From Obrimoposthia wandeli (Eukaryota): DNA of 64,000 nt. Within the stretch, counting starts at the first letter, position 1, and the number at the start of each line of letters is the position of its first letter. Position numbers and translations under genes: made by a program. Under the pieces are notes generated by a model. The model saw nothing but the letters and a program-made list of their open reading frames with translations, ran no database searches and was not told the origin of the DNA. Positions 10,198 through 20,241 of this stretch are shown in pieces. The stretch is from positions 1 through 64,000 of the forward strand of contig CDROCS010006344.1 of NCBI GenBank assembly GCA_977020255.1. Reading direction: 5' to 3'.

Positions 10198-11646
10198 CTA
10201 ACGATTTTTATCGCGAATTACTAATAAGCGAATCTCAGTCATATCTTCCATTGCAAAACGAATGCCTTCACGGCCGACGCCAGAGTCCTTTACCCCGCCA
10301 TAGGGCATGTTATCCACGCGCCAGCTAGGCACATCACCAATAACGACACCCCCAACCTCGAGCTCATCCCATGCTTTATTCATTTTATAAAGGTCACGGG
10401 TAAAGATACCCGCCTGTAAGCCAAATTTACTATTATTCACAGATTTAAGAGCATCGTCGAAATCAGAGAATTGGCTTAGAATTACAGCAGGTCCAAAGGC
10501 TTCTTCGGTATTGAGCTTTGCATGATCAGGTACCTCTTCTAATACCGTCGCATCTAGCATAGCGCCGTCTTGCTTACCGCCGACTAACAATTTTCCTCCA
10601 AGCTCAACGGCTTCATCAATCCAGCCTTTTAAGCGATTCGCTTCAGAAAGAGAAATCATAGGACCGACAAACGTTTCTTCATCTCTCGGATCTCCCATTT
10701 TTAATTCACTAGCGCGAGTAATGAATTTTTCTTTAAACTTCTCGTAAAGTGAATCGTGGATTATGACTCGCTGTACGCCGATGCAACTTTGGCCTGACTG
10801 ATAGAAAGCACCAAAGATAATACGCTCAACCGCATCATCTAGATCGCCTTCATGAGTATCACTATCTTCATCAACAATGCAGGCAGCGTTACCGCCCAAC
10901 TCTAAAATTACCGGTTTTTTACCCGCACGAGCTTTTAAATCCCAACCTACATCCGGTGAACCTGTGAAGCTTAATAACTTAAATCGATCATCGACGGTGA
11001 ATAAATCTGCACCGGTACGAGAGCAAGGTAAAATAGAAAATGCGCCTTTAGGTAAATTTGTCTCCGCTAATACTTCACCAATAATCAAAGCCCCGATCGG
11101 TGTTCGACTTGCAGGTTTTAAGACAAAGGGGCAGCCCACCGCTAAAGCAGGTGCAATTTTATGAGCGGCTAAATTTAATGGAAAATTAAAGGGTGATATA
11201 AAAGAGCAGGGACCAATCGGTACTCGCTTATACATTCCTGTATAACCACGAGCACGAGGTGTGACTTCTAAGTTCATAATTTCTCCGCTCATGCGCACAG
11301 ATTCTTCTGCAGCAATACGGAAAGTATCAATTAAGCGGCCCACTTCTCCACGCGCATCTTTAATCGGTTTGCCAGCTTCTATGCATAACGCGAGTGCCAT
11401 TTCTTCAGCACGCTCAGTAAAGCGTTTAACACAGTGGTTAAGAATGTCTTGTCGTTCGTAAGGAGCCATCTTACGCATGGCCTCTTGGCTAACTTCAGCA
11501 GCTGCGATGGCTTTATCAATAGCCACCTCATCAGCGAGAGCAACACGGGTAGCGACTTCACCAGAATACTTATCAGTAACTTCTAAGTCTTCATTGGCAA
11601 AGACGGCCTCATTGGCAAGGTAATAAGGGTAACTTTTATTTAGCAT
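10198..11646 (-). CDS. Aldehyde dehydrogenase family protein
   Basis: PFNFPLNL, FTGS, catalytic LELGGNA and GQSCI, EEAFGP, MPYGGVKDSGVGREG motifs. Confidence 0.93.
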   Translation of the reverse strand: MLNKSYPYYLANEAVFANEDLEVTDKYSGEVATRVALADEVAIDKAIAAAEVSQEAMRKMAPYERQDILNHCVKRFTERAEEMALALCIEAGKPIKDARGEVGRLIDTFRIAAEESVRMSGEIMNLEVTPRARGYTGMYKRVPIGPCSFISPFNFPLNLAAHKIAPALAVGCPFVLKPASRTPIGALIIGEVLAETNLPKGAFSILPCSRTGADLFTVDDRFKLLSFTGSPDVGWDLKARAGKKPVILELGGNAACIVDEDSDTHEGDLDDAVERIIFGAFYQSGQSCIGVQRVIIHDSLYEKFKEKFITRASELKMGDPRDEETFVGPMISLSEANRLKGWIDEAVELGGKLLVGGKQDGAMLDATVLEEVPDHAKLNTEEAFGPAVILSQFSDFDDALKSVNNSKFGLQAGIFTRDLYKMNKAWDELEVGGVVIGDVPSWRVDNMPYGGVKDSGVGREGIRFAMEDMTEIRLLVIRDKNR

Positions 11647-11656
11647 GATTATTTCC

Positions 11657-13297
11657 TTATACCTTTGCGCTGAGTTTGCGTAATTGATTATTCAAAATCT
11701 CATCATTTTCACTGTAATCAATTGGAATATCGATGAGATGAACATCATGCTCTTGCATGCATTTTTCAATGAGTGGAAGTAGTTGTTTGGCTGATTCAAC
11801 TCGATGGCCTTTACCACCATAAGCTTCAACATACTTAACAAAATCAGGATTGCCATAATCCAAACCGAATGGATCAAAGTTCATGTTGGCTTGCTTCCAC
11901 TTGATCATACCGTAGGCATCGTCGCGTAAAATTAATATGATGATGTGTTGCTTAAGACGAACGGCCGTTTCTAATTCTTGGCTATTCATCATAAAACCGC
12001 CATCACCACAAATTGCGATAACAGGGCGATCGGGATGAACCAGCTTAGCGGCCATCGCAGAAGGTAAGCCAGCGCCCATCGTTGCCAGGGCATTGTCTAA
12101 TAGAACGGTATTCGGTTTTTGAGCCTTATAGTTGCGCGCAAACCAAATTTTATAAACACCATTATCTAGGCAGATTATTCCTTCCGCGGGCATAGCCTTT
12201 CGTACATCAGACACTAAACGCTGAGGGTACATAGGGAAGCGATCGTCATTACAGCCATGAGGTAACTCTTTCTCCTCCGCGGCTTTGACCTTATCAAAAT
12301 AACTAAAATCCCAATGCTTTTGAATCTGTAATTTTTCGAGAATAGACCAAATACTATTAGCAATATCACCAATGACTTCAACTTGTGGGAAGTACACTGG
12401 ATCAACTTCTGCTGCCATATAGTTTATGTGGATAACTTTTTTGTCATCATCACGCATGAAGAACGGAGGCTTTTCTACTACGTCATGACCGACGTTAATA
12501 ATTAAATCTGCATGGGCAATTGCACGGTGTACAAAGTCACCATCGGATAGTGTGGTATTACCTAAGAATAGATCTTTAGTTTCATCAACAACACCTTTGC
12601 CCATTTGTGTAGTGACAAAGGGGATTTTTAACTCATCAACTAAGCGCGTAAGCATCTTACTCGACATCTTTCTATTAGCCGCAGCGCCAATCAATAATAA
12701 AGGGGCTTTTGCCAGCTCAATCATATCAACGGCATGCTTAATTGATTTGCCTTCAGCAATGGGTCGACGGACATTACTTTCTGGAATTAAGTTAGGACTA
12801 ACTTCTTCATCGGCGATATCTTCAGGTAATTCCAGGTGAACTGCACCAGGTCTTTCTGCACTGGCAACACGAAAGGCTTCACGTACTTGGGAAGCAATAC
12901 GTTCGCCGCTGACAATTTGCGCCGTATACTTAGTGATTGGGCGCATCATGTCGACAACGTCTAAGACTTGAAAGCGACCTTGCTTGCTGGCTTTAATTGG
13001 CTTCTGACCTGTGATCATTAACATGGGCATCCCCCCAAGCTGGGCGTAAGCCGCTGCCGTCACAAGATTTGTAGCGCCAGGTCCTAGTGTTGATAGACAA
13101 ACCCCAACTTTACCCGTTAAGCGCCCGTAAGTAGCGGCCATGAAGCCAGCACCTTGTTCGTGACGGGTTAATATAAGTTTGATTGAGGATGTGCGCAGAG
13201 ACTCTAAGACATCAAGATTCTCCTCGCCTGGAATCCCAAAAATATATTCCACGCCTTCCTGTTCTAATGCTTTTACAAATAAATCAGATGCTTTCAT
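11657..13297 (-). CDS. ThDP-dependent acetolactate-synthase-like enzyme (large subunit only)
   Basis: FGIPGEENL, TRHEQGAGFMA, TLGPGATN and ThDP motif GDGGFMMNSQELET...NPDF. No regulatory small subunit is adjacent. Confidence 0.88.
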   Translation of the reverse strand: MKASDLFVKALEQEGVEYIFGIPGEENLDVLESLRTSSIKLILTRHEQGAGFMAATYGRLTGKVGVCLSTLGPGATNLVTAAAYAQLGGMPMLMITGQKPIKASKQGRFQVLDVVDMMRPITKYTAQIVSGERIASQVREAFRVASAERPGAVHLELPEDIADEEVSPNLIPESNVRRPIAEGKSIKHAVDMIELAKAPLLLIGAAANRKMSSKMLTRLVDELKIPFVTTQMGKGVVDETKDLFLGNTTLSDGDFVHRAIAHADLIINVGHDVVEKPPFFMRDDDKKVIHINYMAAEVDPVYFPQVEVIGDIANSIWSILEKLQIQKHWDFSYFDKVKAAEEKELPHGCNDDRFPMYPQRLVSDVRKAMPAEGIICLDNGVYKIWFARNYKAQKPNTVLLDNALATMGAGLPSAMAAKLVHPDRPVIAICGDGGFMMNSQELETAVRLKQHIIILILRDDAYGMIKWKQANMNFDPFGLDYGNPDFVKYVEAYGGKGHRVESAKQLLPLIEKCMQEHDVHLIDIPIDYSENDEILNNQLRKLSAKV

Positions 13298-13445
13298 GTT
13301 CAAACCCTTTTATCGTATTGATTAAAGCCTAGCAGCTCTAATTCACCTTGCCGTAGAATCGTTTGAACACAGTCTGCTTATAAAGTTTACTCCGGTCTGT
13401 TTAAAAATTTCTATGATGTCGATTAATAATATTAATCACTATCGA

Positions 13446-14741
13446 TTAAGCCAATACCTTATCTCTTTCAATATTTACAGCGTTAGTAATATGCAATGCG
13501 GGAGCAGTTTCAGTCGTATTAATGATGGACTGTTCAATATTCCTAATTACAAAATCCATCATCTTTTCTACCCTTCCTCCATCTAGTTGATGAGGAGAGC
13601 GCATTATTATTTCGATACCTTTGGGATGGCCAGCGAGAGTCACAAAAAGAGCGGTAGTTTCAAATTCTGGTGGAATAAAATAGCTCTTTATGGCACTAAA
13701 ATCAGAACCACTAAACTGATCAACGTTCAATAACCCTAAGTTTGAAATGACTCCGGTGGTTCTGAATAGACTGCTCTTTTGACGTTTTTCAATGAGCTTA
13801 TTATTGCTGTTTCGAATGGTTGACGTTGGCTTTAGTTTAATAAATAGAAATAATTTAAAGAAACGCGGGATTTCAGTTTCTTTCTTTTCAAGTAGTTGCT
13901 GTTGTATGTCTAAATTCCAATCTTCTGCCGTTGTATTTAGATTCACGTTAACCACAATTCCCCCAGTTAAGTTTGCTGTAGAATTTAAACCTTCACGGTG
14001 GGGGCGCATATCAACAGGTATTTGAAAGCGAACACAGTCTTCGCCATTAAGTCGCGCATAACGCGCTATTTCTAGAGCGACCTTTGCAAGTAGACCCTTA
14101 TGCTTACCTAAGAGTGTTTTACGTACCCAGCGAGAAGGCTTTTCTAAAGTTTGCACGGATTGAAGTTTTACTGATCCAGTCGCGGCTGATACATCTCTTC
14201 CAAGGCTGCTTGCTTTAGCGTGGTCATTCAGTGACAAGGCTAATTGCATGTCATTAATAGGGCTATTCTCTCCAACAGGGACTTCTCCGCGTAAACAGCG
14301 AAAAATGTCATTAGCAAAATGCAGCGTACCACGGCCATCCATTGCACCATGGTGCGATCGTATGATAATGAAATGTTTATTATCATCAGCATGCACTAAT
14401 ACTACTTCTGAGGTTGGTCCCGATCGTGCTGGTAGAGGCTTTAATAAAAATTCAGCGTTATCATTGCTACGTCCATCCCAATGACTTCTTACAACGCGTA
14501 ACGGCGTAGAGTGATCGCTATCGACCCATCGGCTAAAGCCTAGGTGGCCCACTAATTTTACTCGGCTGCCCGGATTTGCATAAGATGCTTTGATAACTGC
14601 TCTTCTTAGTTTTTCATCATCCATAGCGCCTTGGCCTTCGACAACCATTTGATTTACACAGGGGTTATGTAATAGCGTGATTTTTACTATCACCATGACA
14701 TAATAACGCTCAATAGTTGAAAGGGGTCTTGAATATGACAT
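13446..14741 (-). CDS. Stand-alone condensation-domain-like / CoA-dependent acyltransferase
   Basis: Canonical HHxxxDG (RSHHGAMDGRG), N-terminal RPLSTIER, and IPVDMR and VISNLG motifs of the C-domain/PapA5/alcohol acyltransferase superfamily. Confidence 0.7.
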   Translation of the reverse strand: MSYSRPLSTIERYYVMVIVKITLLHNPCVNQMVVEGQGAMDDEKLRRAVIKASYANPGSRVKLVGHLGFSRWVDSDHSTPLRVVRSHWDGRSNDNAEFLLKPLPARSGPTSEVVLVHADDNKHFIIIRSHHGAMDGRGTLHFANDIFRCLRGEVPVGENSPINDMQLALSLNDHAKASSLGRDVSAATGSVKLQSVQTLEKPSRWVRKTLLGKHKGLLAKVALEIARYARLNGEDCVRFQIPVDMRPHREGLNSTANLTGGIVVNVNLNTTAEDWNLDIQQQLLEKKETEIPRFFKLFLFIKLKPTSTIRNSNNKLIEKRQKSSLFRTTGVISNLGLLNVDQFSGSDFSAIKSYFIPPEFETTALFVTLAGHPKGIEIIMRSPHQLDGGRVEKMMDFVIRNIEQSIINTTETAPALHITNAVNIERDKVLA

Positions 14742-14762
14742 TAGAATTGCTCCACTTTATAA

Positions 14763-17700
14763 TTATTTTTTAGCATCTTGCCAGCCAGCTTCCCAACTAG
14801 AGTCAAGAACATCATCACGGTAAGGGTTCTTTTTCTTGTGTTTATTGCTGCTGCCTTGTTGGAAACCTCGTTGGTAGGCTTGCTCGACTAAATCAGTTGT
14901 ATTTTTTTTACGGCGAATTTTATTGACGAGTTCGGATGAGCGAAGCAACCATTGGTCGAGTAATAAATAACTGGCAGGTACTAGCAGCAAGCTAATAAAA
15001 GTCGCAAATAGCACACCAAAGGCTAGCGATACCGCCATGGGAATTAAAAATTGAGCTTGGATGCTGGTTTCTAAAATTAAGGGTGTTAAGCCCACAAACG
15101 TCGTTAAAGACGTTAAGATAATTGGGCGAAAGCGTTTTTTACCTGCGTCACATACCGCAATGAATACAGCTTGGCCTTGTTCTCTTTGCTGATTGATATA
15201 ATTCATCAATACAAGATTATCGTTCACCACAACACCACTCACGGCGACCATACCCACAAATGACCAGAGTGTTAGTTCTAGGTTCAAAAATAGGTGTCCG
15301 ACTAGCGAACCTAATAAACCAAAAGGAATGGCAAAAAGTACAAGCAATGGTTGGCTATAAGAAGCAAAAAGAACGGCCATCATTAGATACATCACTAAAA
15401 TGGCAACGAGATAACCTTTAGTTAATATTTTTAAAAATGACGCGATGCTTTTTTGTTGCCCTGCGGTATTCCAGCGAACGCCTTGATGATTATCAATAAT
15501 CTGATCGAGCTTGAATGTTTGTAATTCATTTTTAATTTGTGAAATAGAGTTTTTACTACTATCTACATAGGCACTAACGGATACGATTCGCTGTTGTTCG
15601 TAACGTTTAATATGATTACGTGCGGGCTGGTAATCGATACTAGCGATAGACGACAGGCTAACGTATTGATTGCTGGCTAACTTAATGGGTAAGTTTTCTA
15701 AGTACCACATTGACGAACGTTCATTTTCTGGTAAGCCTAACCAGACATTAATTTCGTCATTTTGGGTTTGAATATTCTGAACGTCACTGCCTTGATAAGC
15801 GCGATGGACCTGTGATAAAACCTGCTCTAAGGATAGGTCTAGGGCGATGGCATTATCTTTCAGTTTGATGTTGGCTTGTTGCTTAGCAGTGCTAATCGAA
15901 TCACGAATATCATAGCTTCCATCATATTCGGCAAGGATTTCTTTTAACTCTTTTGACGCGCGGGTTAGCTGTGCAAGGTCATAACCTGAAAACTCAATAT
16001 TAATATCGGGTTTAGCAGGATTTAAACTGGCACTAAACTTAAGATCTTCAATGTCGGTTATTGGGCCAGTAAGTTCACGCCAGCGTTTGACTAGCTCTTG
16101 GCCACTGTATTGACGGTTGTTACCAGTAGAAAGCTCTAGTGTTACTTGTGCACTATGATCTAGATTTTTATCAAGCTGTTGATTTGAGATTTTATTCTTA
16201 GGACCAATGACCGAATATATATGTAAAATAGACGGTGATGCCGGGAGCATAGTTTCTTCTTTCAACTGGTTGGCGGCAGTCACCAACTGTTGAATTGCTG
16301 CTTTCGTTTTATCTCGTGGAGATCCTTCAGGAAAAATAACATTAGCAATCACAACATCCGCTTCAATCGCAGAAAATAACGCGACTCGCATCCATCCTGT
16401 AGAGACAACGACCATGAAAATAATAAAAATCAAACTAAAGCTAACGATGACTAATCCTTTATTGTGAAGAGATTTTACCAATAGCGGCTGGTAAATATTT
16501 TCGATAAAGGCATCGAGATTATTGCTAAAAGAATTTTGTATTCTAGTGAGTACGTTAGGTTTTTTATTGGATGTTGGTTTATTTCCAGACAAGTGAGCCG
16601 GTAGTATGTAGATGGATTCTAATAATGAAAATATAAGGGTTAATATAACGACAATAGGAATTGCCTGCATTAACTTACCTTCGGGCCCTGGTAAAAATAG
16701 TAAAGGTAAAAAAGCGACTATACTGGTCGCGATAGCAAAAAATATGGGTTTATAAACCTGATAGGTTCCTTCTAGTGCACCTGCGCTACCATAGTTTCCA
16801 AGCTGGTTTTGTTGATGAACCGACTCTCCGACAACAACCGCATCATCGACTACGATTCCTAGAACTAATATAAATGCAAACAGCGAGATGACGTTAATAG
16901 AGACGTCAAAAAATGGCATCAAAAATAAGCTACCAAAAAAAGATACGGGAATGCCTAGGCTTACCCAAAATGAAAGGCGAGCATTTAAAAACAATAACAA
17001 CACAGTAAAGAGTAATAATAAGCCTGTTAATGCATTATCCAGCAATAAATCTATGCGGCTTTTAAAATGTTTAGAGTCATCTTGCCAAATATGCAATTTC
17101 ATATTATCGGGAATTTTAGCGTTACTAATGTAGCTGTTTAGGCTCTTTGAAATGTCCATTATATTTTGATCACCAATGCGATAAACATCGATGGATACTG
17201 CAGGTCTATTGTCGAAGCTAGCTTGGTTTTCATGGCTGTAGCGGTTGTCACTGATGGTCGCAATATCTTTTAATTTAATTTCTGCACCGTCACTGTTGGA
17301 TATAATAACGATATTTTCAAAACCTTCGCTACTCTCTACTTTTTCATCTGAGGTAATTAAAACATTACCTTCTTGAGTTTTTAGAAGCCCTCCCGGTAAC
17401 TGGCCTGATTGCTGTTGGATTAAATTAGTAATCTGGGAAAATGTTATATCGTATTTTTCTAAGTTGTGAGAAGGGACATTGATCTCAATTTTTGATTGTT
17501 TTATATCTTCAAGGTCAATGATGCTTATGTTCTCGAACTCGAGAAGATCTTGACGTACCTTTCTCATTATTTTTGCTAAATCCGCGTAGTTTGAATCGCC
17601 ACTTAGAATTAATTTAGCAACACGATTACGAACATTCAGTTCTTTTATCTCAGGTAAGCTTGCATCAATAGGCAAGGTATCAGAGCTTTGAATACGATTT

Positions 17701-18029
17701 TTAACTTCATCTAGAATGTTCTTTGTAATAAACCCATCGGCTACATCAATAGTGATAGAGCATAAACCTTCATATGCAGTTGAGGTAAGGTCTAGTGTGC
17801 CGGGGATATCGTAGATACGTTGTTCGATAGGTTTGCAGACGGTCGCTTCAACAGTTTCAACGGTAGCCCCTGGCAAAGTAGTTTGAATGCCGATTCTTTC
17901 TAGCGAGACATTCGGAATAAGTTCCATTCGTGTATCAGGAATAGAGATTAGCCCTAATACGAAGATAGAGAACATAAGCAAGTTAGCTGCAACAGGGTTG
18001 TTGACGAACCACTGAATGGAATAACGCAT
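14763..18029 (-). CDS. RND efflux permease (AcrB/AcrD/AcrF family) with an RMF-like C-terminal tail
   Basis: NPVAANLLM N-terminus, GIVVDDAVVVGE, GVVVNDNLVL and RFRPIILTSLTT; 1088 aa with two large periplasmic loops. Confidence 0.93.
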   Translation of the reverse strand: MRYSIQWFVNNPVAANLLMFSIFVLGLISIPDTRMELIPNVSLERIGIQTTLPGATVETVEATVCKPIEQRIYDIPGTLDLTSTAYEGLCSITIDVADGFITKNILDEVKNRIQSSDTLPIDASLPEIKELNVRNRVAKLILSGDSNYADLAKIMRKVRQDLLEFENISIIDLEDIKQSKIEINVPSHNLEKYDITFSQITNLIQQQSGQLPGGLLKTQEGNVLITSDEKVESSEGFENIVIISNSDGAEIKLKDIATISDNRYSHENQASFDNRPAVSIDVYRIGDQNIMDISKSLNSYISNAKIPDNMKLHIWQDDSKHFKSRIDLLLDNALTGLLLLFTVLLLFLNARLSFWVSLGIPVSFFGSLFLMPFFDVSINVISLFAFILVLGIVVDDAVVVGESVHQQNQLGNYGSAGALEGTYQVYKPIFFAIATSIVAFLPLLFLPGPEGKLMQAIPIVVILTLIFSLLESIYILPAHLSGNKPTSNKKPNVLTRIQNSFSNNLDAFIENIYQPLLVKSLHNKGLVIVSFSLIFIIFMVVVSTGWMRVALFSAIEADVVIANVIFPEGSPRDKTKAAIQQLVTAANQLKEETMLPASPSILHIYSVIGPKNKISNQQLDKNLDHSAQVTLELSTGNNRQYSGQELVKRWRELTGPITDIEDLKFSASLNPAKPDINIEFSGYDLAQLTRASKELKEILAEYDGSYDIRDSISTAKQQANIKLKDNAIALDLSLEQVLSQVHRAYQGSDVQNIQTQNDEINVWLGLPENERSSMWYLENLPIKLASNQYVSLSSIASIDYQPARNHIKRYEQQRIVSVSAYVDSSKNSISQIKNELQTFKLDQIIDNHQGVRWNTAGQQKSIASFLKILTKGYLVAILVMYLMMAVLFASYSQPLLVLFAIPFGLLGSLVGHLFLNLELTLWSFVGMVAVSGVVVNDNLVLMNYINQQREQGQAVFIAVCDAGKKRFRPIILTSLTTFVGLTPLILETSIQAQFLIPMAVSLAFGVLFATFISLLLVPASYLLLDQWLLRSSELVNKIRRKKNTTDLVEQAYQRGFQQGSSNKHKKKNPYRDDVLDSSWEAGWQDAKK

Positions 18030-19222
18030 TACAAGGCCTCAGCGACGGTAGGCGTCTTAAGCTTATTTTCTTTTTCTGAACGATGGCGAGCCTTGGGATC
18101 GACCAATAGCCCATCAACAAGGTTACTGAATGAGCCTGTGACAATACGTTCCCCTAATTTTATGCCTGAGGTAATATAAATTTTATCTTTTCCTCGATAG
18201 ATCACATCAACAGATCTTCGTGACAAACGATCTGCTGTGCTAATCGTCCACAGTTTGTTCTCGGCTTGTAAGCTTTCCCTGGGTAAAATATGTAAATCTT
18301 TTTGTAAGTTACCGGTAATCGTTGCTTGGATAAATGAACCAGGTAGCAGTGGTTTAGTCGCTGAATTATTACTATCACTATTATTGACAGTGGCGATGAC
18401 ATAGAGCAGTTGATTTTTATCTCTTTCACCCTCCGTGCGGGTAATCGTGCCGTGCCAAGTGATGCTGTTATCTTGGAAGTTTTGAATTAATACATTAGGG
18501 AAAACATCCAGCTCCTCTGTTTTCTGTTCCGAATATTGCAGGCCTAATAATGATATTTGATGATCATTGAGAGGGAGTCGTATTTCTACTGTTTCAGTAC
18601 CATAAACTTTTGCTAGCTCTTGGCTTGCCTGCAAGTACTCTCCTGTATGAATATTTGCCAGAATAACTTTGCCACTAATGGGTGCCTTGATAGAGGTTTT
18701 CTCTAATTGTTTTTGAGCATAACTTAAGGCTGCTCTGGCAGCTTCTACTTGGCTATTGGCGTATCGCAACTGCGGAACATACAAGGCGTAGTCTGAAGCG
18801 TTTCTACCGGCACCTTTCTTAGCGACGCGGGCTTTGGCTTTGGTTTCAAAATAATGTAATTTCGCTTGATCTAAGCTTGATTGATTTTGTGCGATGTCGA
18901 GAATGAAAGGCTGCTGGTCGAGCTGAACCAGCAATTCATCTTGTTGAACTAGGCCGCCATTAATTAGTTGTGCGTTGACAAAAGTTACCAGTCCAGGAAC
19001 TTCGCTTGTTATGTGTCGAATCTGTGAAGGCGTTGCTTTTCCTCGACTAAAGATCGGGATAGATATTTCAGCTGATCTTGCCACGGTGTAAGGAACGACA
19101 GGAATGTTAACGATAATCTCAGACTTTTCTGGAATAGGTTTATTATCCGTTAATAGATAAATAGAACCTGCCGCTATAAAAAGCAGTGCAATGAGCTTTA
19201 TGTTGAAACTAAATGAATTCAT
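18029..19222 (-). CDS. RND efflux periplasmic adaptor (MFP) subunit
   Basis: N-terminal TM anchor, lipoyl-like halves (ITSEVPGLV; IKAPISGKV), coiled hairpin; TAATG overlap with the permease gene. Confidence 0.9.
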   Translation of the reverse strand: MNSFSFNIKLIALLFIAAGSIYLLTDNKPIPEKSEIIVNIPVVPYTVARSAEISIPIFSRGKATPSQIRHITSEVPGLVTFVNAQLINGGLVQQDELLVQLDQQPFILDIAQNQSSLDQAKLHYFETKAKARVAKKGAGRNASDYALYVPQLRYANSQVEAARAALSYAQKQLEKTSIKAPISGKVILANIHTGEYLQASQELAKVYGTETVEIRLPLNDHQISLLGLQYSEQKTEELDVFPNVLIQNFQDNSITWHGTITRTEGERDKNQLLYVIATVNNSDSNNSATKPLLPGSFIQATITGNLQKDLHILPRESLQAENKLWTISTADRLSRRSVDVIYRGKDKIYITSGIKLGERIVTGSFSNLVDGLLVDPKARHRSEKENKLKTPTVAEAL

Positions 19223-20231
19223 TATGGTTTTTATCTTCGATTAAATTATTTTTCCAGTCGTTCAAGCACTTCTGTGTCAAACTTATATCCTGACAGATCA
19301 TTGGGTGTAACTTTAAACCTAGCGTTAGCTGTCCATGCCATTCCATGATACCAGTCGACACGGGATAGTTTTTAGTACCGATCCCACAGCTAACCCATAC
19401 TTCATCTGTATTTTCAGCTGGATTTTTATCACCTTGTAGCGGCCACGCTCCTAAGTAACTATAAGAACCCGCATAGAAATTCTTTTTGCTAATACTATTG
19501 TAAATATAACGAACCCCAGGTTTGCCAACCAACTTTCCAATATGCGCTAACTTCCAAGTGCTCCAGTGTTCTTTTAGTTTTATCTTGCTTTTAATTTCTT
19601 CCTGTAACTGCTTGGGGGTAATGTAGTTATTTAAGCAGATATTAATACCAGAGGAATAATTGCTCGTATCATTACCTAGAGAAATGGCACCACGGAGGTT
19701 TACGGGATAAAACCAATAATAATTTTGATTACCATCGATTAGGTTGTCTGCAATCGCTTTATTGAGAGACCACATTAGAAAGGTACTGAAAGCAACGCGA
19801 TTCTTCTTCGCATTTTTTTTAATCTGTAATGTGCTTTCTTTATCAAAAAAAGTATTCAAAATAGCGGCAGAATTATTATTGCTGCAAGGAAAATTGTTCT
19901 TCCAACGGATACTTTTAGAGGGGGTGTAGGTAGATTTTTTGTTTCTCTTCTTCTCTAATTTTCTGATCTGGTAGAGCTTCCAAGAACTTGGTTCTGTTTT
20001 CTCACCACTTTGTGGAAGTTGACGACAAGGGTAACCTTGTTCTCTTAAAATGGTCGCTATACCTCCGATACCATCCATTTTACTGTGTGGAAATGTGTGC
20101 CATTGAGTATCACCATTGGTTTTGTTCATAGGACCAATGTTCATTGCATCGCTGATGCCTAGCTCTTTTCTTACATCAAACCACATTGCGATGTAGTCTT
20201 TGGGGGATTTTGAAATTTTAGAGGCTTTCAT
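19209..20231 (-). CDS. Hypothetical protein, condensation/acyltransferase-like
   Basis: xHxxxDG motif (FPHSKMDGIG), YPVNLRG motif and a C-terminal SYLG segment resembling acyltransferase/C-domain folds. Confidence 0.5.
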   Translation of the reverse strand: MKASKISKSPKDYIAMWFDVRKELGISDAMNIGPMNKTNGDTQWHTFPHSKMDGIGGIATILREQGYPCRQLPQSGEKTEPSSWKLYQIRKLEKKRNKKSTYTPSKSIRWKNNFPCSNNNSAAILNTFFDKESTLQIKKNAKKNRVAFSTFLMWSLNKAIADNLIDGNQNYYWFYPVNLRGAISLGNDTSNYSSGINICLNNYITPKQLQEEIKSKIKLKEHWSTWKLAHIGKLVGKPGVRYIYNSISKKNFYAGSYSYLGAWPLQGDKNPAENTDEVWVSCGIGTKNYPVSTGIMEWHGQLTLGLKLHPMICQDISLTQKCLNDWKNNLIEDKNHNEFI

Positions 20232-20241
20232 GCTTCTCTCC

